Origin: Nemertoderma westbladi
Taxonomy: Eukaryota; Animalia; Xenacoelomorpha
DNA: 48,170 bases
Assembly: GCA_032718475.1 (NCBI GenBank)
Contig: JAUCBJ010002933.1
Coordinates: forward strand, 1 to 48,170
Direction of reading: 5' to 3'
Shown: in pieces, positions 23,715-36,600 of the stretch
Numbering within the stretch: position 1 is the stretch's first letter
Layout: every line of letters begins with the position of its first letter
Notes under the pieces: generated by a model
Told to the model about the DNA's origin: nothing
What the model saw: the letters and a program-made list of their open reading frames with translations, nothing else
Database searches by the model: none
Made by a program: the position numbers and the translations under genes

Positions 23715-26700
23715 CTAATTATGAACAATATCGAATCTCATTTTATTTATTTGTTGGGTATTACAAATACAATATCGATCCTCTTCGGACGGGTTTTCGT
23801 CCTTTTCAGCGAATTCCTGGGTCTCTAGATTAAAATATTTCGTCATCTCTTGTTGGGTTTTCTCGGTCTCCAGAAACAAATCCTCGTCAAGGTCCGTAGC
23901 TGAGCAATAACCCACGGAGGTTGCATTCTCTTTAATCTGACATTTGGGAAGATAGGTATAGGTGTCAGTAGTTTTTTCCTTAATGCCGCAGAGTGTCCAT
24001 CCCATTATTGTTTGTTCAGCATAAAAACCGTCATCCTGCTTTATAGATCGGGCTACGTCTCCGGTGGGGATGTGTAATTCTGGTGTATCAAGTCCGATCA
24101 GTAGGGTGATGCGGTTTACATCCAACGGCGGGCACCTTAGGTCTACGTCGTCTCGATCGAGCTGTATAAGGGGGGCGTACTCGGCCGATTGTCGGAACCG
24201 CACTCGGAGGTCTGTGTGTACCAAGGCGTTCTTGATGGTGACCTTAACCGTCTCGTAGCCCTTCATTACTCCTTCCATCTGTAGTTGCACCTCCCCGGAT
24301 TCTAGCTCTCTGTGGTCGGTAATAGTTTGTATGGGCCGTTTGCAAGGTTCATAGTCTAGGCCGAGTTGCTCGAGGAAATCCCGGTCGATGATGGTTCCGT
24401 CCGACCCGTTATCAAGGAACGCAAGCGTCGTCAAGGATTTGCCGACTCCCTGAATTCTTACTGGGATTACCTTGGCAAAGACCATGTAACGGCGATTTAT
24501 CAGGTTGATCGTGGCTGAGATATTTGTCACTTGTGATGCGTTAGTGGAGGTTTTAAACGGGTTGGTTTCTCTCCGTTGGGTTGTCCGGGATCCTTTAGAA
24601 ATGTGGTTCGTTTCTCCTCTTCGCTTTGTTTCAATCCGAAAGGGGAGGGTAGTGAAGTCAAAGTTTGCGGGGATGTGGAGGAGCGTGTGATGACGTAGGT
24701 CGTTACAAACCGCACAACACGACCTTTGGTCGCACTCCCGAACGTAATGACCTGTACCAAGACACCGGAAGCATCCTCGGTGTTTCATAATCGCTTCGAA
24801 GCGTGGGACGAGTTCGGCAAACTGGAACTTCCTGCAGAATTCAACTTTATGTTTCTCTCCACAATAGAGACAGAGCAGTGAGTTTGTGATGCCTTCCCTC
24901 TCGGGTGCCCAATTCGCGAGGTAACACGCCCATTCCTCGGCTGATGTCGGTTCCTCGTAGTCTTCGTCATCGGAATCCTCGGCCATGGTGATGGCCATCG
25001 TACTCACCGGAGGAGGGCGGAATCTCGGTTTCTGAGTGGGTGTCTTACTCCTGGAGTTGCTCTCTATTCCGTCCAACTTGACGAGACTCTGTTTCGAGAA
25101 CATCGAGTCATTCATAGCTTCGGAGATATCGTCCAGGAATGCCGACATTTCAAGGAAGCTGGGATCTCGATCTGGGTGTCTGCGCAGGAGGTCTACGCAT
25201 TTATAGGCCCACTTACTTTGCAGCCATCCGGGGAACTTTCGGGCGATCTGACGGAGGTTTAGAATGTTGTTCACCTGGTCCTCCTTATTTAAGGGCTTTA
25301 GAGTGTAGTAGGCATCCTTCATGGAATCTGAGAATTCCTGGACGTTCTGTGGGTCCCCTAGGGATCCCGTGTCTTGTATCAGTTTCTCTAGAGTTTTATT
25401 AATTATAGTCCCGGTATTTCCGTATCTTTTGTCTAGAGTTTTCCATGCGTCGTAGTATGCTTCATGAGAACCTCCCACAAAACAAGCAATGATTCGGCGT
25501 GGTTTGTCACCCAGGTATTGTGATAAAAATACCAGTTTTTGTGCGTCGGCTATGTCCGTTGAACCAATCTGCACAAAGAACCGTTTCTTGAATCTGAGGT
25601 AATCGATGGGATCTCCTTCGAAGGTGCGGATCTCCATCTTGGGCATGGCAAGGCGGTTTTCCAATGCCCGTATAATGCCGACGTCGTCTGAAATGGAGTG
25701 ACTCGGAGGGTTATAGTTATTGGCACTCTCTCCCATACTCGATGGATCAATGATAGGTGGAGTTTTAATGATGACGCGACTACGGGTTTGTGGTGTGGAT
25801 GTAAACGGGTTGTTGGATCGAGGAGTGGCGTCCCGTTCCGAGTCCCTTTCAGGCTCGTACTTGGGTACACTCTTTGCTGTGGGGTTGGATGGGAAATACG
25901 GTTCCTCATTTTTAAGCGTAACCAGTGGGGGATGGAACACCGGTGCTTGTGCCGATAACGTAGACTGTATGGTAGGCGGGATCTCGGGTTTCGGAAGTTT
26001 CGCCACCTGCGGTGTAAATGACTTCTCTAATTCCGGTATCGGTATTGGTGCATAGTCCTGATCTATATCCCTTTCCCAGTCCTCGTATAGTTGAATATCT
26101 CGTTCTATAAGTGCGGCTTCGTATTCCGCGAGTTTTGCAATATCCGCATTCTTTTTGTGGGTGAGAATCGCTTGGGCCTCGGCGTGTTGTTTACGCATTT
26201 CTGCTTCCCATTTACGTTGTTCAATCTCTTGTCTGGCCTCTCATTCACGTTGTTCAGCCTCCTGTTTGGCCTCTCGTTCACGTCGTTCAGCCTCCCATTT
26301 ACGTTGTTCGATCTCTTGTCTGGCCTCTCGTTCATGTTGTTCAGCCTCCTGTTCAACCTCTCGTTCACGTTGTTCAGCCTCCTGTTTGGCCTCTCGTTCA
26401 CGTCGTTCAGCCTCATGTCTACGTTGTTCGGCCTGTTGTTCAGCCTCTCGTTCACGTTGTTCAGCCTCCTGTTTGGCCTCTCATTCACGTCGTTCGGCCT
26501 CCTGTCTATGTTGCTCAGCCCACCGTTCGACCTCTTGTTCGGCCTCCCGTTTTTGCATTTTGGCAGCAAAAATATCTTGCTCGGTTCGCAGTTGAACGTA
26601 CTCATCTTCCATCCGAGCTTTGAGGGCTAATGCCTTATGTTCTCGTAGCTGGACTCGGAGTGGCTGACCCCCTTGAGAGCTGTGTGCTGAACCGGACACC

Positions 26701-27191
26701 GTGCTCCTAGTGCTGGAGTGCTGGTTTCTCGAGGACCCTGATCTCCTTCGATGTACTGCTGTCCTGGTGCTGGAGGTTTGCACTGATTCTGCGTCTGTTC
26801 TTTCAGCTCTCTTGTAGTACTGTTCTTCATAGCCTCTCACAAGGCTGAGGGTCCTCCGGTGTTGTTTGCGGAACCCATCTAGATGTACAACGTGTTCTTC
26901 TAACCTGGGGTAGTTTTCCTGATCGGTGGAGGGAATGAGCTCTTGGTACGCCTGTATCATTCTTTCATATCGCTGTAAGATGTTTCGGATACCCAGAAGC
27001 TGAGTTTGTATCTCGTTGAGGGGGTTTTTGACTCCCTTGAGTTGTTTCTCTATCCGTTGATACGCTCGAGTTACTCCGCCCTTGAGAGCCCCTAGTCGAC
27101 GGGTCATGTTCTTGACGTTTGGTACCTCGTCGGCTTCCGAATCTGTGTGGTGGTCCATCTCATCGGTATCGGATACGTTGTTCGCCATCAT
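23715..27191 (-). pseudogene. Element A: BEL/Pao gag-protease, truncated before RT
   Basis: ORFs 26481-27191 and 23715-26198 share a frame, separated by TGA stops at 26481 and 26241. FEGDPIDY gag motif, three Cys/His boxes (CLYCGEKHKVEFC, CFRCLGTGHYVREC, CAVCNDLRHHTLLH), protease FLDNGS, charged coiled-coil repeats. Confidence 0.9.
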
Positions 27192-27359
27192 TCCAACGCC
27201 TCGTCGATAGCTAGATATGCGATGTCGTAGAATAGTTCCTCGTAGGTATTGTACTCAGCCTGGACCACCCAAACGGTAATCCTGAATCGTCCGACGTTCG
27301 TTCCTTGTACTTCCACCTCAACATGCCAGATTCCTGGCTCAACTTGGATGATATCAATG

Positions 27360-28545
27360 TGTAAAAGCTTTTGTGGGATAACTGATTCGTTTGCCTTGCT
27401 AACCAGTTCCCCCCAGGCGCTGGAATACTCTAAAAAGGGATCTATAACTCGAATAGCGCAAGCTACCGGCTGATTGGCTGATTTGCTGTGCGAAGGGATC
27501 TGGGCTACGTTTGATTGTCCAACCAGCTTGGGAAAGTTGCCCCACAGCCCTGCTGTCTGTATCTGCCAATAGGATTTGAGTTGATTTTGATTTCGACCTA
27601 TCACAGATCTACTGAACTGAATTTTCCTATCTGTATGCTCTTTCTCTGTGTTGGGTGGAAGCCTTTGTAAATAAGGTTATTCTTATCAGTTTTCAGTGTT
27701 GTTGGTCTTTCTGTCCTGAGCCAGGAGAGAACGGCTTGGAAATATTTTGTGCTTTTCTGTTTTTAGCTCAACACTAGTAGGCTTAATTATAAGGACATAT
27801 ATCCGTTATCATAACTAAACAATCAATCCAATCCATACAAAACTGATGTTTGGTCTTTCTTGCATACTTTTATATTGTTATACTGCTATTTACTGTCAGT
27901 TCTTCATAATATGGTTGATGAATTATTATATTTGGAATAACGCTAAATAACCCCGAAACCCAATATTCTTGATATACCGAAGGTAAGAGAGAAAGGTTAC
28001 ATATAACGATTGTGACTTATGTTAAAGTGGTTTGAAGTGAATCTAATGTTATTTGATAGACCCTACATGAGTCAGTCCGTGTTCCTTTTATATATAACTA
28101 AAATCAGTGAAGATCGGCAGATCAGTGTGCAGTATTGTGCAGCATTGTGTATGAGTGAGCCTGATAACGAAGCATTTCCTAAAGAATGCGCCATATATGT
28201 GAATTATAACTAAGCCATATCGTTGTGAGTAGTTTAAGTCATAACTCTGTTTATATGGGTAAAGCGCCATGTCCTAAAGGAACTGTTAATATTCCCCGAA
28301 GGTGAATAATATTGTCAGAGATTATATAATACTGTCAGTCGAATAATACATTAGGCTTACATAGCAATAAAATTAAGCCGTCGAACCCAATCTCCCGGGT
28401 ATATCCAGCGGGTGAATGATCGCGCACAGATTGGTTTCGACTAGTGTAGTGAATTAAATACTTGTCATAGGCTAAAGGTGATTTATTATCTAGAAGACAT
28501 CCTAATTTGGCGGGTTAAACTGCCAAAGGTCTGAAAGCGCGAACA
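27360..28545 (+). repeat. 5' LTR of element B (1186 bp, TG...CA)
   Basis: TGTAAAAGC...GCGCGAACA; diverged homologue of 41423-40191. Confidence 0.85.
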
Positions 28546-28556
28546 ATAACGGATAT
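28546..28556 (+). promoter_or_regulatory. Non-tRNA primer-binding site of B, complementary to 27799-27809
   Basis: ATAACGGATAT abuts the LTR-terminal CA; its exact reverse complement ATATCCGTTAT lies at 27799-27809. Confidence 0.75.
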
Positions 28557-28909
28557 CGCTTCTTTATTGCAGTAAGCAATAAAGTTGAAAGTACCGGTCA
28601 ACCGGTAAACCTGAACGGTACTTCAGTAGGTCAGTAGGCCCAACCGCCAGAACCGGTACTGCCGTAGGTCCGTAGGTCCAACTGCCAGAACCGGTACTTC
28701 TGTAGGTCCGTAGGCCCAACTGTCCTAACCGGTACTTCCGTATAAGTACATTAGTATTATTCGATTTGATTGTTGCATACCGGTAGGCTGTTTAAGAGAT
28801 TAGGGACTGTACACCCCTTGTTTCTTTTGGAGCTTACTTATTTCTGTCAGTTTTATTTTATTTGTAGGCCAGTATTGAACAGAAGGCGTGTAAGCCTGAT
28901 CAGATTGTA

Positions 28910-29485
28910 CAGACAATTGGTAGGCTGAGCTGTTGTCTGATTGCTGTTAAGTCTGAACGGATTGCAGTGTGAGTGGATCACCTGTCCGATAAAGAACGGT
29001 TAGGAAGTAGGGGCAGCCAATGCTGTAAGGTAAACCCCCAACTAAAGAATAAGTCGTACTACTGGGTTAGAACGCATACTACCTAATCATTTCGGAGTCT
29101 GCATGTCCTGTAGTTTATTTAGGCTTGAGAGTAGTCTGCCATCGTTTAGTCTGTACTTTGTTTGTGTAAGTCTGTACGGGTAGCGTATAATATTTATTTA
29201 GATAATTTGTAGGCTGGATAGTTGTCTGGCTGTTATTAGGTCTGAACGGATTGTAGTGTGTGTAGAGCCCTTGTCCGATAAAGAACGGTTAGGAAGTAGG
29301 GGCAGCCAATGCTGTAAGGTAAACCCCCAATTAAAGAATAAGTCGTACTACTGGGTTAGAACGCATACTACCTAATCATTTCGGAGTCTGCATATACCGT
29401 AGTTTGTTTAGGCTTGATAGTAGTCTGTCGGTATTTGGTCTGCATTTTGTTTGAGTATTTGTACGCGTAGCGTAATATTTATTAT
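28910..29485. repeat. ~290-bp tandem duplication in the B leader (counterpart in C at ~39290-39810)
   Basis: Block GTCCGATAAAGAACGGTTAGGAAGTAGGGGCAGCC...GGAGTCTGCAT occurs twice. Confidence 0.85.
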
Positions 29486-30799
29486 TCAGAGTTTATGCGA
29501 TTATTCGCAACATTCATTCCCCAAGTTTGTTCCTACAATAATTGTGTTTGTTATACATACCGCTATAGTTAAATTAACCCCGGTACTACACGGGCTGCTT
29601 GGCGTAGGTAAAGACTGGTGATTTTGTGCACCGGTCACTCCAGCAGATGCCGTGGTTCTTTTAGCTGTTCAAGTATATTTAACTACTGATTATCTGTTGT
29701 ACAAGTACTCGTACCTAATTTAGGGTTTAGTGTACAGTGCTTTCCGAGAGTAATTAGTGTAGGCATTATATTTGTGTTGTAAAGTGGTTGATAGGCACAT
29801 TCGATTAGCTCTATTAACTTCTAGGTAGGAACACTCCGTGATACATAACGTAGTACCTCTAGCGATACGGCTATAGGTCGTCAGGTGGTGGTATTTCCTA
29901 TCTGGACAACGCAGTGTATTTACTACTACTTATTATTTTCAAATACCGTAGTACCCTGTCCGTTGTAATAACCAGTTTCCTAACCCTTTGTTAGGCTGGT
30001 TTGTAGACTTCTTGTAAAATTACCCTAAAAATTCGTATTTTGTGTTTTTGTAAATTTTTGTGTTTATTTAGAGATTGTAATCTCACCCGAATTGTACGTA
30101 ATTTGTTGTATTAAGTAACTTAGGTAAATTAGAATCATTTGTTTTAGTGTCCTATAAGTTACACTTCACTGAAAGCGCACCGCTTTGTGTAGTGATTGTT
30201 CCCCAGAAATATTAAAATTTATTTCAAACATTGACTAAACCCATTAAAACGGGTATATATATATTATAAATCAAATCTAACGATTTATAAATAGTAGGCC
30301 TACCATACAACCATTAGGTCTCAATATCAGTTGGATTACTGCTCAAAAAACGGTAATAAAGTAAGTAAAGTAACCAAGTAACCCTAAAATTCAGAAATTC
30401 AATTATTTAAAATAATTGATATACCGGTATTTACGATAGGCCTATTATCTTTATTTCTATAAATTTAGGCTGAAATTATACCGGTACTTTATAATTAATT
30501 CTAGTCCAGAATTATAATTATATACTACAAAACTGTAAGCTGTATACCGGTATTCCCGATAGACCTATTATATATTTATATATATTTGTGCTAAAATTAT
30601 ACCGGTATTCTGTGATAAACCTAGTCTGTAATAATAGTTATATATACTATAAGCATACCGGTATTCTAATATATTATATATATCACGCTACACTGAGTAG
30701 CAGTACCGGTAATTAATTACTAGGCTAGCAGTTAATACTGAGTTACTAGACTTGCTCAGACTGTAATACAGCAATAGACATTCAACTGTACACATAAAC

Positions 30800-33036
30800 A
30801 TGTCTGATACTAAGCAGAACCTGTCAGACAGTTTATTAGATGTAACTATCTGCGACTCAGATAGAGGCGTAGAACCGTCTAGTCGTAAGTTCAGTTCACC
30901 TCCCACTGTGAGGAAAGTCATCCCTCCAGTAGTAATAAAAGAACCTAGGCTGGTCCAACATCGTAGGTCTATCATAGGCACTCGAGCTCAGGTCAAGCGG
31001 GACCAAGAAGCAGCGGGACAGCAACAACCCGCGAGCCAAGAACTTACTTCTCAACGGCCCAGCAGCTCCAGTAGTGAGGATACTGTAGAACTGACACCAG
31101 AACGCGGAGCAAAGATGATGGATGCGGTTTATTCGGATCCCCTTCTCATCCTTCCTGCAGCCGTACTCACTAGGTTATTGATCGCTGTGGAAGAACACCA
31201 GATCGATTGGGCGAGAAGCCAGCGTTCAACTAGAGATAGTTATGCTGGATACACAAGGGAAGAACTGAAGTCCATGGTCGAGTCGCAATGGAACTTCCCC
31301 GGACCCGGACTCCCGTTTGATTTATCAGAAGCTGCCTGGGAAGACATACACCGGATGGGAGTAGCCAAAGAAACCATAGATCCCGCTGTGTGGAAGAGGT
31401 CCGCAGCCGGATACGCACAGGGATTCTTCAGCTCTATGGAGCGAGTAAAAGGACAACTGTTTCAACAACCACAAGGACCTCAAGAGCAGGGACAACTGCT
31501 TTATCAAGTTAGAGAAAGAATTCTACGAATCAGGCTAATATTATCGGCCTTTGAGGAGGCTTCTAAACGAAGACAAGACACGTCGTTGCAAGTTGCCGTA
31601 AAGACTTGGTTTCAAAGGGTGAGTCTCCAGGTTCAAGGAACAGCTCAGTGGAAAGCTCAGCTGGAGGAGCGCTCAACCCATGGAGAATCAACAGACGCTA
31701 CTTTTTCCCAAGTGGAAAGTGAAGCGACGGCAGAGAAACCGCATAAGAGGGATGCCATTGACATCTATCTGTCAGACTATCAATGTTTTTTAGGTGATGA
31801 CGAGTTGAGGAGAAGGTTAGATGGACTTAGCCCTAATAGCGAAGGAACTCAGCGTGTGTTGGATGCCATCGATGTGGAAATGAGGGCTGCGAATCAGGCT
31901 AAATTTGATGAACAACTCCGCCTGACACGAGTCCAAGAAGAACAAGTAAAGAAAAAACGTATAGAAGACAGAAAGAAAGCAGCAGTGGTAGCTGCGGAAG
32001 CAAAAAGAAAAGCGGTAGCGGCAGAGGCAGCGGCAGAGGCAAAAGCGGCCGAAGCTGAAAGAAAAGTGGCAGCGGCAGCGGCAGCGGCAGAAGCAAAAGC
32101 GGCCGAAGCTGAAAGAAAGGCGGCCGAGGCTGAAAGAAAGGCCGCAGAGGCAGCGGCAGCGGCAGAAGCAAAGGCGGCCGAAGCTGAAAGAAAGGCGGCC
32201 GAGGCTGAAAGAAAGGCCGCAGAGACAGTGGCAGATGCCGAACGGAGAGCGACTGAAGAAACCACCCAATTAGAATTGGAAAACATTCAGGAGAATCAAG
32301 ACTGCATAAATAAACAGTTAACAGCTAGTAATATGCAGATGATGAATCGATCTACTCCCAAAAGACAGGGATATACATCATCTGAGGAAGGCGATACCAC
32401 CGATACTGAAGGCAAAGGAAATAGATCTCGTTTAAGCAGACGTAAAAGAACATTCCACCGTCAGAAATTGCCTGATTTGCCTCCAGCTGTTAGAAGGCAA
32501 CTAAATAACACCAACTTAGGTAGTACAGAGCCCACAGACCAAACAATTAAAATAGAAAGACTCCCTACGATAGTAGATGAGCCTGAAATAATTAGGCCTG
32601 TTCTTGAAATCACCCCTTCGGTGATAGACACACCTGTGCTCCCTGAGACTACCTCTAAATTCCCTCTGCATAGCACTAAGCTACCTGTGCCCCGTAGAAC
32701 TGCCCAGGAGACAGTTCAGGTCCTGGACCCCGAGCGAAATATTCATGATTTGTCGCCCGTTGTCCCTCGTCCGCCCGCTACAACGTTGGCGACTCCCGCT
32801 TCGGCGGTCGAATGGGTGGACGAGAGACGGCGGGGGATGGATCTCCTGCTCGGGCAGATGCAGGAGACTGTTCAGCAATTCAAGGGCACAGTAAGGGAAA
32901 GTAGGCTAGAGTTGCAAGAAGTGCAGCAAAGTATCGCGCTAGAACGTGATAAATTAGTAAATACCCAAAAGGGTATACCACCACCCTCTGTAACAATGTG
33001 TCAACCTGTTAGGTCTGAAGTATCGCATGCGCAAGG
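30800..33036 (+). pseudogene. Element B gag, N-terminal part, cut by the insertion of C
   Basis: 753-aa ORF homologous to the N-terminus of the C ORF, with AEAERKAA repeats; homology breaks at HAQG and resumes at 41429. Confidence 0.88.
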
Positions 33037-33660
33037 TGTTCGCGCTTTTGAAGACCTTTAGCAGTTTAACCTGCCAAATTTTATATGTCTTTTAGTTAAT
33101 TAACACACCTTTAGCATACGACAATATTTTATGCTAATAAACAAAACATTAGCCAAAGCCAGCCCATGCGCGATCATTCACCCGATGGATCTACACCCGG
33201 GAGGCTGAATTCGGATGCTTAGATTTTATTATTGCAGTGTAAGGTTGCAGTGTAAACCTATTGTATTATTCGATAGATCACTAATATGTAATTTCTGACA
33301 GATATTATTAACTTTCGGGAAATATTAACAGTTCCTTTAGGACGTGGCGCTCTATCTATTTAAACAGAGCTAGGACTTATACTAAACGCAACGATAAGGC
33401 TTATGATTAAAGTATAAGTCGCATTCTTTAGGAAATGCTTTGTTACCAGTCACATCACACTCACAATCATGCACACTATTCTGCAGACAGTCAGTATATT
33501 TGATCACACATAAAGAGAGCAGTAATTGACTCACGTAGTGTCTACTAAATAACATTAGATTCAATACACACCACATTGATATAATATAAATAAAAATAAA
33601 TTACATAATAATACATACATAAATAGAAAATAAAAACAAATATAAAATGATATAGTCACA
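33037..33660 (-). repeat. 3' LTR of C (short form, 624 bp)
   Basis: 33037-33584 matches 40191-40738 (one mismatch seen). On the minus strand it begins TGTGAC directly after a PPT-like GGAGTGGGCG (33670-33661). Confidence 0.85.
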
Positions 33661-33678
33661 CGCCCACTCCACATGCTA

Positions 33679-36600
33679 TCACGTTATGGAGTCCCTAGAT
33701 ATTTGTCGGATTAGGGAAGTAGTCGTAGGAAGAGTCGCTTGCGTCCTTCTATAGTTTCCGGACAGTTTTCTGTCTCTTTCCAGTAAACATAAACGACTAG
33801 CTGGGCGATTGAGTTGTTGTGTTACTTTCTCCGCTCCCTTGGCCTGTCTAATTTCTGCCGTGGTAGGATGAGGAGGCCATTCTTCTTCTTCTTTACTTAA
33901 GGAGTCGGATCCACCTAACCAGCCTGGAGTATCTATCAGTTCTTGAGGAGTTGCTCCTCTGGAAGCGATGTCGGCTGGATTAATCGTCCCAAGGCAATGT
34001 CTCCATTGATCTACATTGGAGTTAATATCGTCATTATCTGAGGAGTATGGTGTTACCTCAGTGGGTTCGTCCACTTCACTGCTCCCCTCTTCCCAATCCT
34101 TTACTTGAAGTAGCCGGTCTTGTGGCAATCTTTCTTCAAGAGTTCTGCGGGAAGGGCCAGTAAAGTACCAACCTACTCTAGTTCTTACCGCATAGGTTTG
34201 CAGTGGCTGCGGTTGAGCAGGCCGTTTCTCCAATGGCTCGAGCGCCTCATGCGCGTTTTGGCCGATGAGTATTTGCACTCCAGGATAATCTGTCTGGAAT
34301 CGAGGTATCTTAAGATGTTGGATGCTCTCATCCTCGTCCCAATTATAAAGGTCTGCTTGGGTAGTAGCGAAGTTCCTTATAGCCACCATTTTTACTGACC
34401 TTATACTTTGTGCTCCTAATTTATCCTGGGGGGTGGACAACGCACCTACATAGTAATCTGCCGTTATGGTAGATTTCCAAACCTGCATAATTCCGGACAT
34501 ATTCAACTTAGTTTGGAATTTGGGTTGTCCAGCAAAGATATCTTCGGCCAGTTCTTGATCGATGAATGTTCCTGTGCTGCCGGAGTCAAGGAGTGCGTTC
34601 ACTATGTAACTTTTGTTGGGACCGTGAACTCTTACCTGCATTACAGGAAATTCTCTGATTCCTACATTGGAAGTTGGAGTTTTCCAAGATGGTGGTTTGT
34701 CAAAAGTAGTTGGGGGAAACTCATTGGTGGTGTCTTTTTCGTACGTAAGTGCTCGATACACTGCGGTATTTATTAGATAACAGGATTCGTTGGCATCGGA
34801 GAATTCGTCTGTATAGAATCCTTCCCACTCAGAACCTTGGTCAGTGTCGTTCACATCACTGAATTGGACATGTAATTCGGGCTCACTTACCTGACTCGGG
34901 TTGTCTCGTTCGAACTCACTGTGTAACAAAATGTGATGTTTCGCGCCACACTTTGCACACTTTGCGTCGGAGTAACAGGTTCGCCGTTGGTGTCCTGATC
35001 TGAGGCAATTATAGCATAACCGCTTATTCCACAGGACTGTACGTCTGTCTACAGGGGATTTCTTTAGAAATTCAGCACACGCACTCAAACGGTGAGGCCC
35101 GTCGCACAGCGCACATTTTGGTTTGATGTTACTCACCTTAACTTGGTTAACGTTATGCACTCTCGTTCTTTCTTCGGGCTTTCTTCCGTGAATTCTCTTA
35201 GGAGACGTAGGAGGAGTTGTTGTTACCTGTTCTCTCCTGTCACTGGTTCGAGACTTGTATTTACTTACGTCTTTATAGGTCTTGTTGTCATAGTAAGATT
35301 TTGCTGTGTCTTTCCCGCTGTCCTCTTCTTGAGAAGCTTGGCTTTCGCCGTCGTCAGTATAACACACTGGTATTATCCTTCTCCTAGAATCGGGTTTCTC
35401 ACTTACCTTATTTTCCGATGTTTTCTCTCTGGCCTGCCTTATGAGTTGTAATTTTACTTCACTATCTAAGAAAGACATGAGATCAGCCATGGTAGGACTT
35501 CGTCGTTGTTGTTCATTCATGTACAACACTTTCTTGTCCCAGCGTGTACATACTCCACCCTTTGGTAAAGTAGAGACTACGGCTCCAATAACCATGGAAC
35601 TCTGGTATTCGTGCGACTTACCTAACCAGTCCAGTTGTCTACAGATCTCTTGAATTTCATCGGAAAACTCTATAATCCCACTACTAAGGAAGTGTCGGGG
35701 GGCTACTAATTTTGCATACAAATACTTAGCTATGTTATCCTTGTTACCATACCTGATGTTTAGTGTATCCCAAACTTGTCTTAATCCATCTGGATGTCCA
35801 ATAAACTTTAACGCCATTAACTTGGGAGGTCCTTCCAAGCACTTGATGAGGAATCTAAGTTTCTCTCCGTTAGATAGTACAGAGTTCTGTATGCTATCTT
35901 TGTAATATTCGTTGAAAGGTAACCATTTCATCTCATCTCCATTGAATTTGACGATCTCTCCAACTTTGACCGCTTGGCGGGCTTCTGTTCTAGCCATCTG
36001 ACGCGTAAAGCTTTCTTGGACCATCGTGTTATTTAATGTCGAATTATCGGTATATAAATTTCTCGGATCATTATTAGATCTATAGGGAATATCATTAATA
36101 ACAGGTCTATAATCACCCTTAATAGGGTTTGTTATAGGAGTTTCAACTTCACTAGCAGTATAGATGCGTGTAGGCTCCACACCTTGCGCATGTAATACTT
36201 CAGACCTAACAGGTTGACACAATGTTACAGGGGGTATTGGTATGCCCTTTTGTATATTGACTAATTTATCGCGTTCTAGTGCGATACTTTGCTGCACTTC
36301 TTGCAACTCTGCTCTACCTTCCCTCACTGTTCCCTTAAGTTGGTGGACAGTCTCCTGCATCTGTCCCAGCAGGAGATTCATCCCCCGCCGTCCCTCTTCC
36401 ACCCACTCAACCGCCGAAGCGGGAGTCGCCAACATAGTAGCGGGCTGACGCGGGACGACGGGAGACAAATTATTGATTTCTCTCTCTGCTATCTGGACAG
36501 GGGTATTTGCATGGACTGTTCCACCGGGTACAGGCAGTGTAGTGCTATGTAAAGGGAATTTAGAGTTAAGCTCTGGAAGTGTAGGGGTCTCTAGCACAGA

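Noticed and set aside
26091-26630. Hydrophobic or Cys/Ser-rich ORFs (also 31817-32286 and 36850-37272)
   Set aside because: Antisense or off-frame shadows of gag coiled-coil repeats.
27191-30800. One element with two divergent gag genes
   Set aside because: The LTR terminus at 27360, homologous to C's TSD-defined end, shows B is a separate insertion into A.
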